This document shows, piece by piece, positions 24,640-36,432 of a DNA stretch of 52,247 nucleotides. The notes below the pieces were generated by a model. That model did not search any database. It was not told where the DNA came from and worked only from the letters and a program-made list of their open reading frames with translations. The stretch's first letter is position 1. Every line of letters begins with the position of its first letter. Where the stretch lies: positions 32,110,044 through 32,162,290 of the forward strand of contig NC_068989.1 in assembly GCF_001194135.2 (NCBI RefSeq), written 5' to 3'. Source of the DNA: Octopus bimaculoides. Taxonomy: Eukaryota. The translations under genes were made by a program, and so were the position numbers.

Positions 24640-24853
24640 GAGTTACATGGCAACCTCATTTGTGCTGGTGCCATGAAAAAGCATTCAGTACACTCTGTAA
24701 TATGGTTGACATTAGGAAGAGCATCAAACATAGAAATTATGCCTTGGCAGACATTTAAGCTTGACACAGTCCTCTTGCATGTAGGATCTTGCTAAATTGT
24801 CCAACCCATGCCAGTATGAAAGGTAGACATTAAATGATGATGATGATGATGAT
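24640..24853 (+). mobile_element. RTE-type 3' tail fragment with (GAT)n tail
   Basis: Matches 8010-8210; ends aacccatgccagtatg...ttaaatgatgatgatg. Confidence 0.75.
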
Positions 24854-26723
24854 TGTGTGTATGTGTGTCTTTTTGCATCTCATCATCAATTAACATCAGG
24901 CTTCCATAAGTTTTAGCAATTCATAAGTTGTTTCAACACCCAGTCATAATGCTGCAGAAGCCATGTAAGTCAGCTTCTTCCTGAGCAGAAGCCCTGCTGG
25001 GTGTCAGGAAGCAAGTCATTATCTTCTAGGAATATGACCAGCTTCTTACTGACAGTTCATTCTATGAATTTGCTGGCATGTGAAGTTAGAGAGACACAAG
25101 CCTATAATTTTTAATGTCCTTTATGGATAGGACACATTTGTCACCTTTATGGACAGGACATATTTGCTTGTCTTTAATTTTCTGAGAAGTCTATCACTTG
25201 CAAGGAAGCTTTGGAAGATATGCAGTGGTTTTGCTTGGGCTTTTTTTTTTAATGTTTTTGAAGATTGCTGGGAATCCATCAGGGCTAGTGACTGAGTCTT
25301 AGCTCATTTGATCAATGGCTGATATTGCATCAGTTTTCTCTATTTCCATGTAATTGATAATTACCATTCCTTCATGTAGAGTGGTGGTGTCAAAGAACTC
25401 ATCTGGCATATTTATTTGCAAGTGTTCCAATAGAAATGTAGTAACACTTTTGTATTGCATATTTAATTTTTCACTTATTTTTTGGGGTGTCTGCAGTCAG
25501 TGAGCCATTTTCTTCAAACAGTGGCTCTATCTTGTACTGTATTGAAGCCGACTCTTTTGAAAATCTATTGAAGGCATTATGATTTGTTTTTACATATTTT
25601 ACAGCCCTAGCTTCTTTGTCTGCTCTCTATTTTGAGAGTGTTTTTTTAATTTCAAGCAGTGCTCACTTTACCTAGTAAGGAATTTTTTTTTATTCTGTTA
25701 AACTTCAGGAGTGCAAAGCTATAGGACCCATTGTTCACAGGGCTTTTAAAAAGTCATTACTACTTGTGTTATACTCAGATGATTTGAATCAAAGAATGTT
25801 CTGTGTTCAAATCTCACTGAGGTCAATTTTTGCCTTGCATTATTTGAAGGTTAATAGGATAATTACCAATAAAATACTGAATTGATTAAATCAACTTGAA
25901 TCACCTCCGAAGTTTGTTCAATTGTGGTGTTATCCTAATATTATGAACCATAATTATTTTCATTATAATTTTGCATAAAGCCTATAAAGTCTGAAAAATA
26001 GAATTATTTAAAACTTATAATGAAGTATACCCATGTTTACAAATTAAGAAATTTGTGTAAATTTGCTACAGTTCCATATAAAACATATACTGAGGTAAGT
26101 TTCATACCCTGTTTCAATGTTTTAATGATTAATTTGATTTAAAATAAAGAGGTGGGATATAATCTGGTATATTTTGAAATTATCAATAATCCTCAACCTC
26201 AATATTCTCTAGTTTAATTATGTAATACATCTTTATTGATCCTGAAAACATCCTTTGATGTATATTCTGTAAAATGTGATCCTTATAATAATTGTAGTAT
26301 TATTATTACTATCATTGATAATGACTTCTCAGGTAGGCACAATGTCATGTTTATTTGGAAGGATATAATCATCGAATTATTAGGGTACAGCTATAGTTTA
26401 ACATCAAACCCTGTCTAGTATATATTTTATCAACTCCATATAGATGAAAGGCAAATTCTATTTTGGAAGGATTTATATAGAAAATATAAAAAGGATGTAA
26501 ACACCACAAGATACTTAGTCTAATTGATTAGTGTATCAATCATTTAACTGCCCTGCCGCAATAATAATAATGATTTCTTTTATTTGTCACAAGGCATAGA
26601 TGAAGGGAATATTACAAGAATATACTTTTTGTGTGGGGGTTTACACTAAAGATGAGAGGAAAGAAAGGGAAAAGACAGTGAAATAAGATGAAAGCATGCA
26701 TTGTATATAAGCATGTGAATACA

Positions 26724-26766
26724 TGAATGATGCAATCCTCCTGATACAGGAGGATTGCATCATTCA
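26724..26766. repeat. Perfect 20-bp hairpin with a 3-nt loop
   Basis: tgaatgatgcaatcctcctg-ata-caggaggattgcatcattca. Confidence 0.95.
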
Positions 26767-26914
26767 AGGGCCAACTAGATCCATCATTACCTTGACAACC
26801 AAAAGCATGAGCCCTAACCCAACTGTTGTTCTCTAATCTACAAGTGCATGCTTAGAGTAGGTCCATTTACCCTAACCATTTTTGCAACAAATTTTTGCTG
26901 TTTTTTCCCAAATT

Positions 26915-26916
<2 letters not shown>

Positions 26917-26980
<64 letters not shown>
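26917..26980. repeat. (GA)n microsatellite
   Basis: Direct inspection. Confidence 0.95.
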
Positions 26981-26982
<2 letters not shown>

Positions 26983-27130
26983 ATTTCCCTCTCCACTCTC
27001 ACTTTCCTTTTCAAATGGAACTTAAAAAGTCAATGAAGGCTTGGCTGAAGAGGGAGGTCTCTTGACTCAATCCTTTCAGACTCATCCACCACACAGCCTC
27101 TTTTACCATAACCACTAGACAAAGGAATAA

Positions 27131-27165
<35 letters not shown>

Positions 27166-27341
27166 TTATTTGTTTCTTTGAATATTCTAATGTCTTTTAA
27201 GTCCTAATGTATAATTATGGGAATATAAGTTTGAGGCTGTTGCATAATTTATGTAGTTAACCATTACCATTGTTTTAACATTGTCTTTTTAGCCAAATCA
27301 TTAATGCACTATTACGTAAATTATTCTTTTTCTTTTTCCAG

Positions 27342-27482
27342 GTGTTTTATAATCTTTTATCATTAAGCCAGAAATGGAAACAGTCTGTTGGCTCTTCTCA
27401 GACCCAACATGCCAATATTTCTGTGGGAAATTCAAGCCACAGAAAGGGCACCAAACATAAAAAGAAATGTACTATTCTGTGA
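27342..27482 (+). CDS. RAL: Ral alternative terminal exon A (proximal): VFYNLLSLSQKWKQSVGSSQTQHANISVGNSSHRKGTKHKKKCTIL*
   Basis: Strong acceptor ttattctttttctttttccAG|G. Phase-0 frame is open for 46 codons, starts with VFY like the canonical exon and ends in a basic patch + CaaX (CTIL) + TGA. Predicted protein 210 aa. Confidence 0.85.
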   Translation: MFYNLLSLSQKWKQSVGSSQTQHANISVGNSSHRKGTKHKKKCTIL

Positions 27483-27548
27483 TTTTTGTAGCTAGCTTTA
27501 GCCTTCTTAAATCCTCCAAGTAATTCTTAAAAAATGTGCAAGATATCT

Positions 27549-27554
27549 AATAAA
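27549..27554 (+). promoter_or_regulatory. Candidate poly(A) signal for the exon-A isoform
   Basis: AATAAA 67 nt after the exon-A stop, followed by a T-rich tract. AATAAA is common by chance in this AT-rich DNA. Confidence 0.3.
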
Positions 27555-28551
27555 TTTCCTTTTCCTTGTTTTTCTTTCCCTAATTTATTTTGCTTTAATT
27601 CATCTCAGTTTTTATCTTCCACTCCTTATGCTCTTACTCTTACAATTTAAATTATTTTTGGTGAACCATTTTTTGTAATTAGTTTCAGTGTTAATTTTTG
27701 TAATGTAAGGTACAGCATGGGCTAAATACATTTCTGTATTTAGTTCCCCTAACTTGTTTCCAAGCTAAAATTCTATCAAAAGTCACTTAATACTCAGTAT
27801 TCTTTGGGCTGAAAAAAAAGTGTATATAATGTACTTAAGTTAAAATAATTGGCTTTGATACTTTTCTTTACAAAGTTACATAGTAAAACATCCTCCACCT
27901 CTAAAATATGAAAATTTATCCCCATTAGAGACAAAAGATTCAGAATGTATATCCATGAAAAACAGGGCTACACATTTTGTCCAATGTACTACCAATTCTG
28001 CCAATGCATGCACACTCTCATACACACACACACACACATGAAAAAAGAAAACTGGTATATTTTTAGAATTTTTCAAAAATTGGTATATTTTGCTATTAAA
28101 AAAATTTATTGTTAGCAATTTAACCTCTCAAAAAAAAAAAAAGAAAAAAAAAACAGTCCAATATTTTAGTTTCCTGGATTTTAAGCCAATGTCTCTACTA
28201 TGTAGACTTTTGATCTAATTTAATGTCAACATTGAATTTCTCTTCTTTCAGAGGTAGAATTGCTTCAAAATTTGGCAAGCTGCTTGTGTTTCTTAGTTTT
28301 GATTGTTGATAACTCATTTAATACTCATACTTTTGAAAAAGAAATGAGCATTGTGCAATCTCATATCTACATTTCTATAAATATGAGGTTTTTTGGTTAA
28401 AGATTCCATATTTTTGATTTGTGAGTGTACAACTATAACAAAATGTCTAATTAATGAATACATAGCTCTAAGAATATATACCAGGTCCATGAGCTGGTTT
28501 CAATTGGCTGTTAACTATTTAACACCACTTTTTCCTTCCCAGTGAACTTGA

Positions 28552-28800
28552 CTCTAGCAGGCATAGCTATGCAGTTAAGAAGCTTGCTTCCCAACCATGT
28601 AGACTTGGGTTCAGTCTCACTGTGTGGCAACTTGGGTAAGTGTCATCTAGTGATATTGCTCATTTCCAGTCTTCCTTTAGGGAGTATTAACTTGCTTGGA
28701 AACAAATGGAGATTGGCTGCAGGAAGGGCATCTGGTTGTAGAAAATCTGATTCAGAAACTACTGTTTGGCTCCTGCAAGCATAGAAAAGCACACAATGCA
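28552..28800 (+). mobile_element. Degenerate SINE (tRNA head + RTE-like tail) between the two terminal exons
   Basis: gcttgcttcccaaccatg..gggttcagtc..gtggcaacttgggtaagtgtc and caggaagggcatc..gtagaaaatctg. Confidence 0.7.
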
Positions 28801-28806
28801 AACATG

Positions 28807-28847
<41 letters not shown>

Positions 28848-29827
28848 TGGATAATAGAGGAGTTCTTTAGTACATTACTTACCTTGACTGAAATCTTGCT
28901 TAACCTTGTTAAATTATAATCCTACTCTTGATTCTGGAATGTGGAATTGGAGAGCACTTTTGGCTTTATAAAAACCACCCAAGCCTCTAATTTAAATCTG
29001 TCACAAATATCACACACACACATCTTTGCTGAATAGTGTGGGAATTTGTTGATGATGTCAATTTAATTACATCAGAATATTAATGATGGTACAACTGCAG
29101 CTGACAAATCAATAGGGTTACACTACTGACAAGATGCAGTGTCTGTATATATGGAGGTTCAGAGCCCCATTCCAGATTGCAATATGTCTTTGCCAAACAC
29201 ATAATGCATGTTCAGTTTATTCAGAGGTACATAAATATTAGAAGTTGTAAGAAATAAGCACACTACAATTATTTTATTAGCTTTATAGTGTTGACTCCAG
29301 TTATCCTAAAGTCCTGTTGAAGTTGGTAGTAATCACTTTGTATCCTTCCTTTTGAAATTTCTTTTGATTTTTCACCTTTACTTGCTGAAGACACTTTCAC
29401 AAGTGTACTTATTTTTGGTGGAGCAATAACTAAACTTTTATGCCATATCAATGAAGAAAATCATTTCTGATATTCTGGTTATGTGGATATAGTTATAGCT
29501 GGACCATGCTACCACTAATATCACAATCAGCCAAATCTTGGGTAGTTTGTTTGAAAATAAGTAGCTTTACTTCGCAACTATTATGGCTGGTAAATAATCC
29601 ACTAATTTTTCTTGTAACTCTATAAATAGCAATGCCCAACCTGTGGATGGAAAAAAAAGTTAAAAATAGGTATAAAAACATAGTAAAATATAAGAATTAA
29701 CAAATTTTCAGATTGTTGCTCTTGAGCCTGTTTTCTCATTTTCTCCCTTTTTTCACTTAACCTGAATTCATTTGCTACCTTTTTTTGTTGCTTTTCCCAA
29801 TCAATTCTCCTTCACTTTTGCTTGTAG

Positions 29828-29941
29828 GTATTTTATGATTTGATGAGAGAAATCAGTTCTCGGAAAATGGCTGCCAGTCGACAAAATAATGGCAAGAAGC
29901 ACAATGGAGACCGACGCAAGAAGAAGTGTATAATTCTTTAA
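29828..29941 (+). CDS. RAL: Ral alternative terminal exon B (distal, canonical-like): VFYDLMREISSRKMAASRQNNGKKHNGDRRKKKCIIL*
   Basis: Acceptor ttcacttttgcttgtAG|G. VFYDLMREI..RKM resembles vertebrate RalA VFFDLMREIRARKM. Polybasic RRKKK + CaaX (CIIL) + TAA. Predicted protein 201 aa. Confidence 0.95.
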   Translation, partial: VFYDLMREISSRKMAASRQNNGKKHNGDRRKKKCIIL

Positions 29942-30320
29942 CTGTGAGCAAGAGCAGTTGATCACTGACTATATTTCTGGTCCTTTTCCTTGCTTATCCT
30001 CCTTTCCTTCCATCTTGTTGGTCCACCCACTCTTTTGGTTCATCGACTACCATAACCTAGGCTATCACCTCCTCATCTCAACTGTTCCCTTGTGCATGTG
30101 CAAGGAAGTGTGTGTGTGTGTGTGTGTGTGTCTTTGCTTGCTTGTGTGCATTGATGCATGCACTTTGCATCTGTCAGTATAAATTTGCTAAACTTACACA
30201 TCAATGTGACAGACTGTATCAGTGTGATAGACTCTGAATACTTTATACAATTTCTTCCATTTTTCTCAGGAGGAGATTAAAGCTTTTCTTTTGCAGCTTA
30301 TGTTTGCAGAAATGCAAAAA

Positions 30321-30326
30321 AATAAA
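30321..30326 (+). promoter_or_regulatory. Candidate poly(A) signal for the exon-B isoform
   Basis: AATAAA about 380 nt after the exon-B stop; another at 30419-30424. Not distinguishable from chance without RNA data. Confidence 0.2.
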
Positions 30327-32264
30327 CTTTTTTATGCAACATAGAGACTTAATCTCTCTCTCTCTCAGTGGAACACTAAGCACACTCACTGCTGAATCTG
30401 ACATTTCTTTCTTTTTTAAATAAAATTTAAGACTTCTTGTTGTGTTGGAAGATAAAGCCATTGATTTATATGAATAATAAAGTGGCAGCAATAATTATAT
30501 TACCAATAATTATAAGGTTCAAACCAGGCAACTAATAATGAGGAAATGAAAAGTGGAGAAAAGACTCAGTTCCTGCAGAAATTTCGATTCTAGCAGTGTG
30601 TGTTTGTGTGAAATTATACTATCTCTGTTAGGGGCAGGTAATAGGATGGTATTATTGACACTGAAGATGTTGTGAGGAGTGGGGAACTCTTACTCATAAC
30701 AGGTGTGGAGAGAAGTTCTGTTAATTATCTGTAACTTAGAGGGAAAAGTGGCTTAAATTCTGTTATTTTGAAGCTCATCAATTTCAAATTTGTTGTACCC
30801 TAATAGCTTTTGATTTCAGACCAGACATTCATTTGTTAAACATTTTTTCTTCAGTAAGAGTAAATTCCCTCCTTCCACAATCTTAGTCATTTGATAAGTA
30901 AAAATGTTTTCAATAGCACCTGATTAATATATTGTTGTTGAAATAATAAATAACTTGGCCAGTTCTGTGATGAGACACTATTTAACTTTGAATGATAGTG
31001 ATACATTTTGCTGCTAGCATTTGAAATTCTTCTGGAGTATTGGAAATTGCTACTCAATGTTTGCATCTCTTCCAAGTCCATTCAGTGAGTTGATGGCAAA
31101 ATATCATATACTTGATTTGTTTTCCTTTTGAGTAAATATAGAATAAAAGAATGCATTGAAATTTATGCTATTTGATGATGTTTTGTGATGTTTGCTAACC
31201 ATCTCTAAGATCTAAAAAGATGTATTATTTTTCTTGTTTCTAATAATTGTGGTTGTAGAAGCTCAAAGTGATAATATAAATAATTATGTGAGAAAGAATT
31301 TTGAAAATAAGTGAAACAATTGCCATCATACAAGTTGACTGGCCATTTGATATGCAAGATATATTAAAAGTGAAAATTAAATCAAATTAACAAAATAAAG
31401 TATGATAAAAGAGAATTAATTTGACTGAGAAATCTCTGCCTTCATCTCAATCTCCTTAATAAAAAAATGTTTAAATCCCTCATTTTGTAGATTTTCATTG
31501 CAGCATTTACTTGTTTAACATTTAAATGAAGTTGGATGTTTTCATATGGACCATATACTATACGAAATTTTTGTTTACATTCCTTGTTTTCTACAAAATC
31601 TTCTTTTAAGAAAAAAATACTATCTGAAATCTGTGAATGCATATCTTGTTTATTACTATGAGGTGATGGAGGTATGATTCTATCATTACATCAATTCTAT
31701 TAGCTGTCTTTTACAATATTTCTATTTGTCTTTTAAAACTTTCTATACACCTTTTTTTTTTTACCATACTTTCACTCAACATACACATTTATTTATTTAC
31801 TGATTGCTAGTTATCAATCCAAAATCTTCATGTGAGTACTTGCAGCCCATTGTTTATCGAAAAAGTTTAAGTGTGTTTGTGTTGTGATTCTATTGAAATC
31901 CTGAAGCTGTACATAAACTAAGCATAGACTGCAAAATTTTTTCAATTCTATGTATTTAAGGTTTACTTAATTGCTCATTTAGCATTACTTATCCAGTCTT
32001 ACTAAAAATAACTCCTGATCAGCCACAATAAATGAACTTCTAGTAACAATTTCTTGGCATAGTCTTATTTTTTAATGTTTTTTTCTCTAGCCTTATCAGA
32101 ACTTTTTTGTTTTTAAAGTCTTGAGACATTCAGCTATTTGTTTTCCAGGCGAACAGAATTTCATTTTGTGTCTATATAGCAAAATAGAATTTCATAGAGA
32201 TGATAAAACACATCATACCAAATACGTTGTCCGCATATGCATGAGTGTGTGTGCGCACACACAC

Positions 32265-32265
<1 letters not shown>

Positions 32266-32363
<98 letters not shown>
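32266..32363. repeat. (CT)n microsatellite
   Basis: Direct inspection. Confidence 0.95.
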
Positions 32364-33189
32364 TTGGATAGTTGATGTCAGACATGATCCTAATACCATT
32401 TTGTGTTCAATCATTATTGTAAGCAGGTTTCAACATAGTCTTGAACAATTATCAATTATCAGTCAGAAAACTGGTCGAAGGGAAGCAATAATTGTCTGAT
32501 CAGATTATGTAGTTGAGAGTGGGAAAAGGACTTATTGTGCAGAATAATGACTAGTCAGTTTTTGGTGTGCATGTGTACTTAATACTTTTTATTTTCGTTT
32601 GTTTTAAAAATGATATTAAAGCTTGAACAAGATGAACTGCTTTTAATTTTGGCATTAGTTTACTGCGTTCTTAGTCACTAACCCTTTTAAAAACAGAATA
32701 TTTATTTTTTTGTCATAATATTTTTGTCTCAATATAACCTTGGAAGCTTGGCTATTCTTTGCCTACCTATTTCCATATATTTGTGTAAATACCTTTCACT
32801 CAGCTTTTCTTCACCTTAGCTCTTTGCTCATGACTAATTTGACTCTATTTTCTCTCTTTTCATTGTCCATCCATCTATCCATCTCTTTTTCTTCCCCTCT
32901 GTCTCTCTTACCTTTTTTCTTTTTTTTAAACCATAACTTAAAATGATTTTTTTGAGGCTTTATATCTGACCAGTCCTAAAAGTATGAAATGGCATTATAG
33001 TCAGAAATTTATGCATTTTTAAAATTTCAAATATAATAAACATTGCAATGGAGTGATAACTATTTTGACTTTTGTGTTTCTTGAATCGTTTAAGTTAAGT
33101 TTTTAAAATATAGCATTCTGTTTCTGCTAATTGGCAGAATTATTAGAGCATCAGACAAATTGTTACACAGTAGTTAGTTATGGACTTTT

Positions 33190-33340
33190 ACATTCTGAGT
33201 TCAAATATCACTGCCGTCAATTTTGCTTTTCCTCTTTCCAGGATTGATAAAATAAATACCAGTCAAGTACTGAGTTTAATGGTATTGACTAACCCCTTCT
33301 CTCTGATTTCAGGCCTTGTACCTATATTAGAAACAATTAT
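33190..33340 (+). mobile_element. SINE fragment, same family as 1405-1617
   Basis: ttctgagttcaaat..gataaaataaataccagt..gtactg. Confidence 0.65.
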
Positions 33341-35344
33341 ACTTGTGTGAGTGATGGACTTCCCAGTCAATAGACCACTTAACAAAATGACTTGCAAAAT
33401 TTCATTAGTTTCTTTTACAATCTGGTTCTGAATCCTGCTATGACTCAGTTAGCCTCCCTTTTGATAAAATTTTTAACTTTTAGTCAAATAGTGAGTGGGG
33501 TCAACTTAATTGACTGCACACTATTTTATGAATTTGAAGTTATAATAGAATTCATTCAAAAAGAATGCTGGACGAAATTCTTTGTGCTCTTTGGCTGCAT
33601 CTGTTTGCATTCTGAATTCAAATTGTGCTGTGGTTGACTTTGCTTTTTCATCTTTCCTTGGTTAATGAAATGTAGGATCAATTTTATACACCTCATTCCA
33701 AAACCAGTATTCTTGTGCAAAAGTTACAAGCTGTTATTGTTCCTGGCAAAAAAAAAAAAACACACCCTCCAGGCAGTTTTCTATTAGTGTGTGTAATATC
33801 TATAATCTCATCTTTTTATATCAGATAACATTGTTCATTGTCTTTAAATAACTTGTAAAAGATTAAAACTCGTTAAAATAATGAAATATGAATAACAGGA
33901 AACAGAGACCTTATAACTTTATTAAACATTAATAAGAAAACATGAAATAAATAGGGAAGTAACCTTAAAACATTTGATAAATGTTAAACACTTGTATGAA
34001 AAATTGCAGGTTATAAAACAGTAAGATGTGAAAGTGCATTGGTTGTAACAAAAAGTGTGGTGGTTTCAGTGTCAGCAAATGCTATTATGACACAATTAGT
34101 TGGAGATGTAATAATGCACCTAAACCATAGTTTTAATGACATAGATCAGTGGTTTAAGTACCAATGCTCAGCACAATGATAGATGTATTGAAATGGTTAA
34201 GAAATGGTTTTTAATGGCATGACTCAGTAGTTTTTAATGATACAGATCAATGTTGATTGTTATGAGACAGTGCAGATAGCTAAAATGAGAACTTGGTGTT
34301 GGCTGTCATGACATAACTCAGTGTTGCTTAGTGATGATTGTAATGACACAAACAAACTGTAGTTGTAATGAAACATTGTTTATAGTAAAGAGATTTTAGA
34401 AATTTTTTGTGGCAAATCAGTGGTGATTATAATGAAATAGCTTAATAGTGACTCTACTAATAAAACTTTGTGGTGATTTTAGTGAAGCAAACCAGTGATG
34501 GTAGTTGTTATGGTTTGGCTTTTATACACGCAGTGTATAAACAGCTAACACTTAACTGTTTTAGTGAAACAGCTAAGTATTAGTTGTATTGAAGTGGTTA
34601 AATGATGGTTGCAATGACTGAGCTTGTCGGTGAGATTTTTGCATTTTCTAGAATACACAGTTCAGATATGCTTATGAAATTCTTCAGCAGTGAGAAAACT
34701 GACTCAGTCTCCTGTATCTTTAATCTAGAGTCTCTGCTGAAAGCTGATTTTTGTGCTTGAGAAATCCTGGCAGAATCAGATTCCTTTTGTTTTCATTGAG
34801 GTTCATATGCTAGTATTTGGTTTGGTTTTCCAATCTCTTCTCTGATCTAATCACCCTTCTGTTACTTTATTGTTCAGCATTTGCTACCAGCTATTCAGAC
34901 ATAGCTGCCTACATTTGGTTTATGTGTAAAGCCTATTTTACAAAAGGTAAAAACTGAATATAACAAACATTATGTGGAAATAAAAAAAAAGCAGACAGTC
35001 CTATCAAGTTGAATAATTTCATTATTTTGTAGACCTCACAAATTATGTGATTCAATAAGAAAAAACTTTTTCTTTTTAACTATTCAATAACTAACAATTG
35101 TTGCACAGTATAACAATGGGAAATAAAAGAAACAGAACACAGAAACAGATTCTTTTGATAAAAATTGTAGTAGGGGTAGACATAAAATCAATGAGCACAA
35201 GCAAGTTAATGAATTGTTAAAAAGGTATTGATTTTTTTTTGTGTGTTTCTTGATTAAAAATAATGTAAAAAAAAATTTTATCAACATTATTGTAATGTGC
35301 ACCTTTGAAAACATGTCTGTGCATTTGTTGGTAAAATAATGTAA

Positions 35345-35660
35345 TGTGGCTTAGTGGTTAGGGCATTTGGCTCACAATTGTAAGGCTGTGAGTTCAGTTC
35401 CCATTGACGCATTGTGTCCTAGAGCAAGACACTTTATTTCCTGTTGCTCCTGTTCACTCAGCTGGCAAAAGTGAATAGTACCTGTATTTCAAAGGGCCAG
35501 CCTGCCTTGTCATACTGTGTCACGCTGAATCTCCCTGAGGACTACGTTAAAGGTACACGTCTGTGGAGTGCTCAGCCACTTGCATGTTAATTTCACGAGC
35601 AAGCTGTTCCGTTGATTTTATCATCTGGGACCCTTAGCATCGTAACCGACAGAGTGCTCC
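35345..35660 (+). mobile_element. Third tRNA-headed SINE family
   Basis: A box gtggcttagtggtta, B box gagttcagttc, then ttgtgtcctagagcaagacacttt. Confidence 0.7.
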
Positions 35661-36432
35661 CCCTAATGTAATATATCTCTTAGCGTGTGATTGAAATGAA
35701 AATATAAATACTTGGACATCAAAAAAAAATCCAATAAAGAAATAAATTATCCATTTATCAACATCATTCCAAGTGTTACCANNNNNNNNNNNNNNNNNNN
35801 NNNNNNNNNNNNNNNNNNNNNNNNNNNNNNNNNNNNNNNNNNNNNNNNNNNNNNNNNNNNNNNNNNNNNNNNNNNNNNNNNNNNNNNNNNNNNNNNNNNN
35901 NNNNNNNNNNNNNNNNNNNNNNNNNNNNNNNNNNNNNNNNNNNNNNNNNNNNNNNNNNNNNNNNNNNNNNNNNNNNNNNNNNNNNNNNNNNNNNNNNNNN
36001 NNNNNNNNNNNNNNNNNNNNNNNNNNNNCATTGAATCACTCATGGGTCAATTGGTAAATGTGGAGAATTATATTAAGAAATTTAATTCAAGTACTGAAAC
36101 GAAATAGTGTTTACTATACAGGTAAGTGATACAGCAGTTGTCAGAAATGTTACTGCTGTCTTTATATATCATAATGCTAAATGATTATTTTTCTACAATA
36201 TCCATTCTTTTAAAATAAAAGTTCGTATTCACTCTGCAGTAAACATTTCGTTTGTGTTTTGAAAACATGAAAGTATTAACATAATGAATATGCAATATGT
36301 GCTTAGAGTGTGTGTGCGTGTGTGCCTGTCATCACGAAGGCAACAAGCACAAAAAGAAGACAACATGGAAAGGTCTTATTTTTAAAAAAATGTTTTAGTT
36401 TAATTCTTAGGGAAAAATGGCATATGTATAAA

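Noticed and set aside
28250-28257. Strong-looking acceptor (tttctcttctttcAG) between exons A and B as a third terminal exon
   Set aside because: The phase-0 frame reads AGG TAG: immediate stop, no CaaX.
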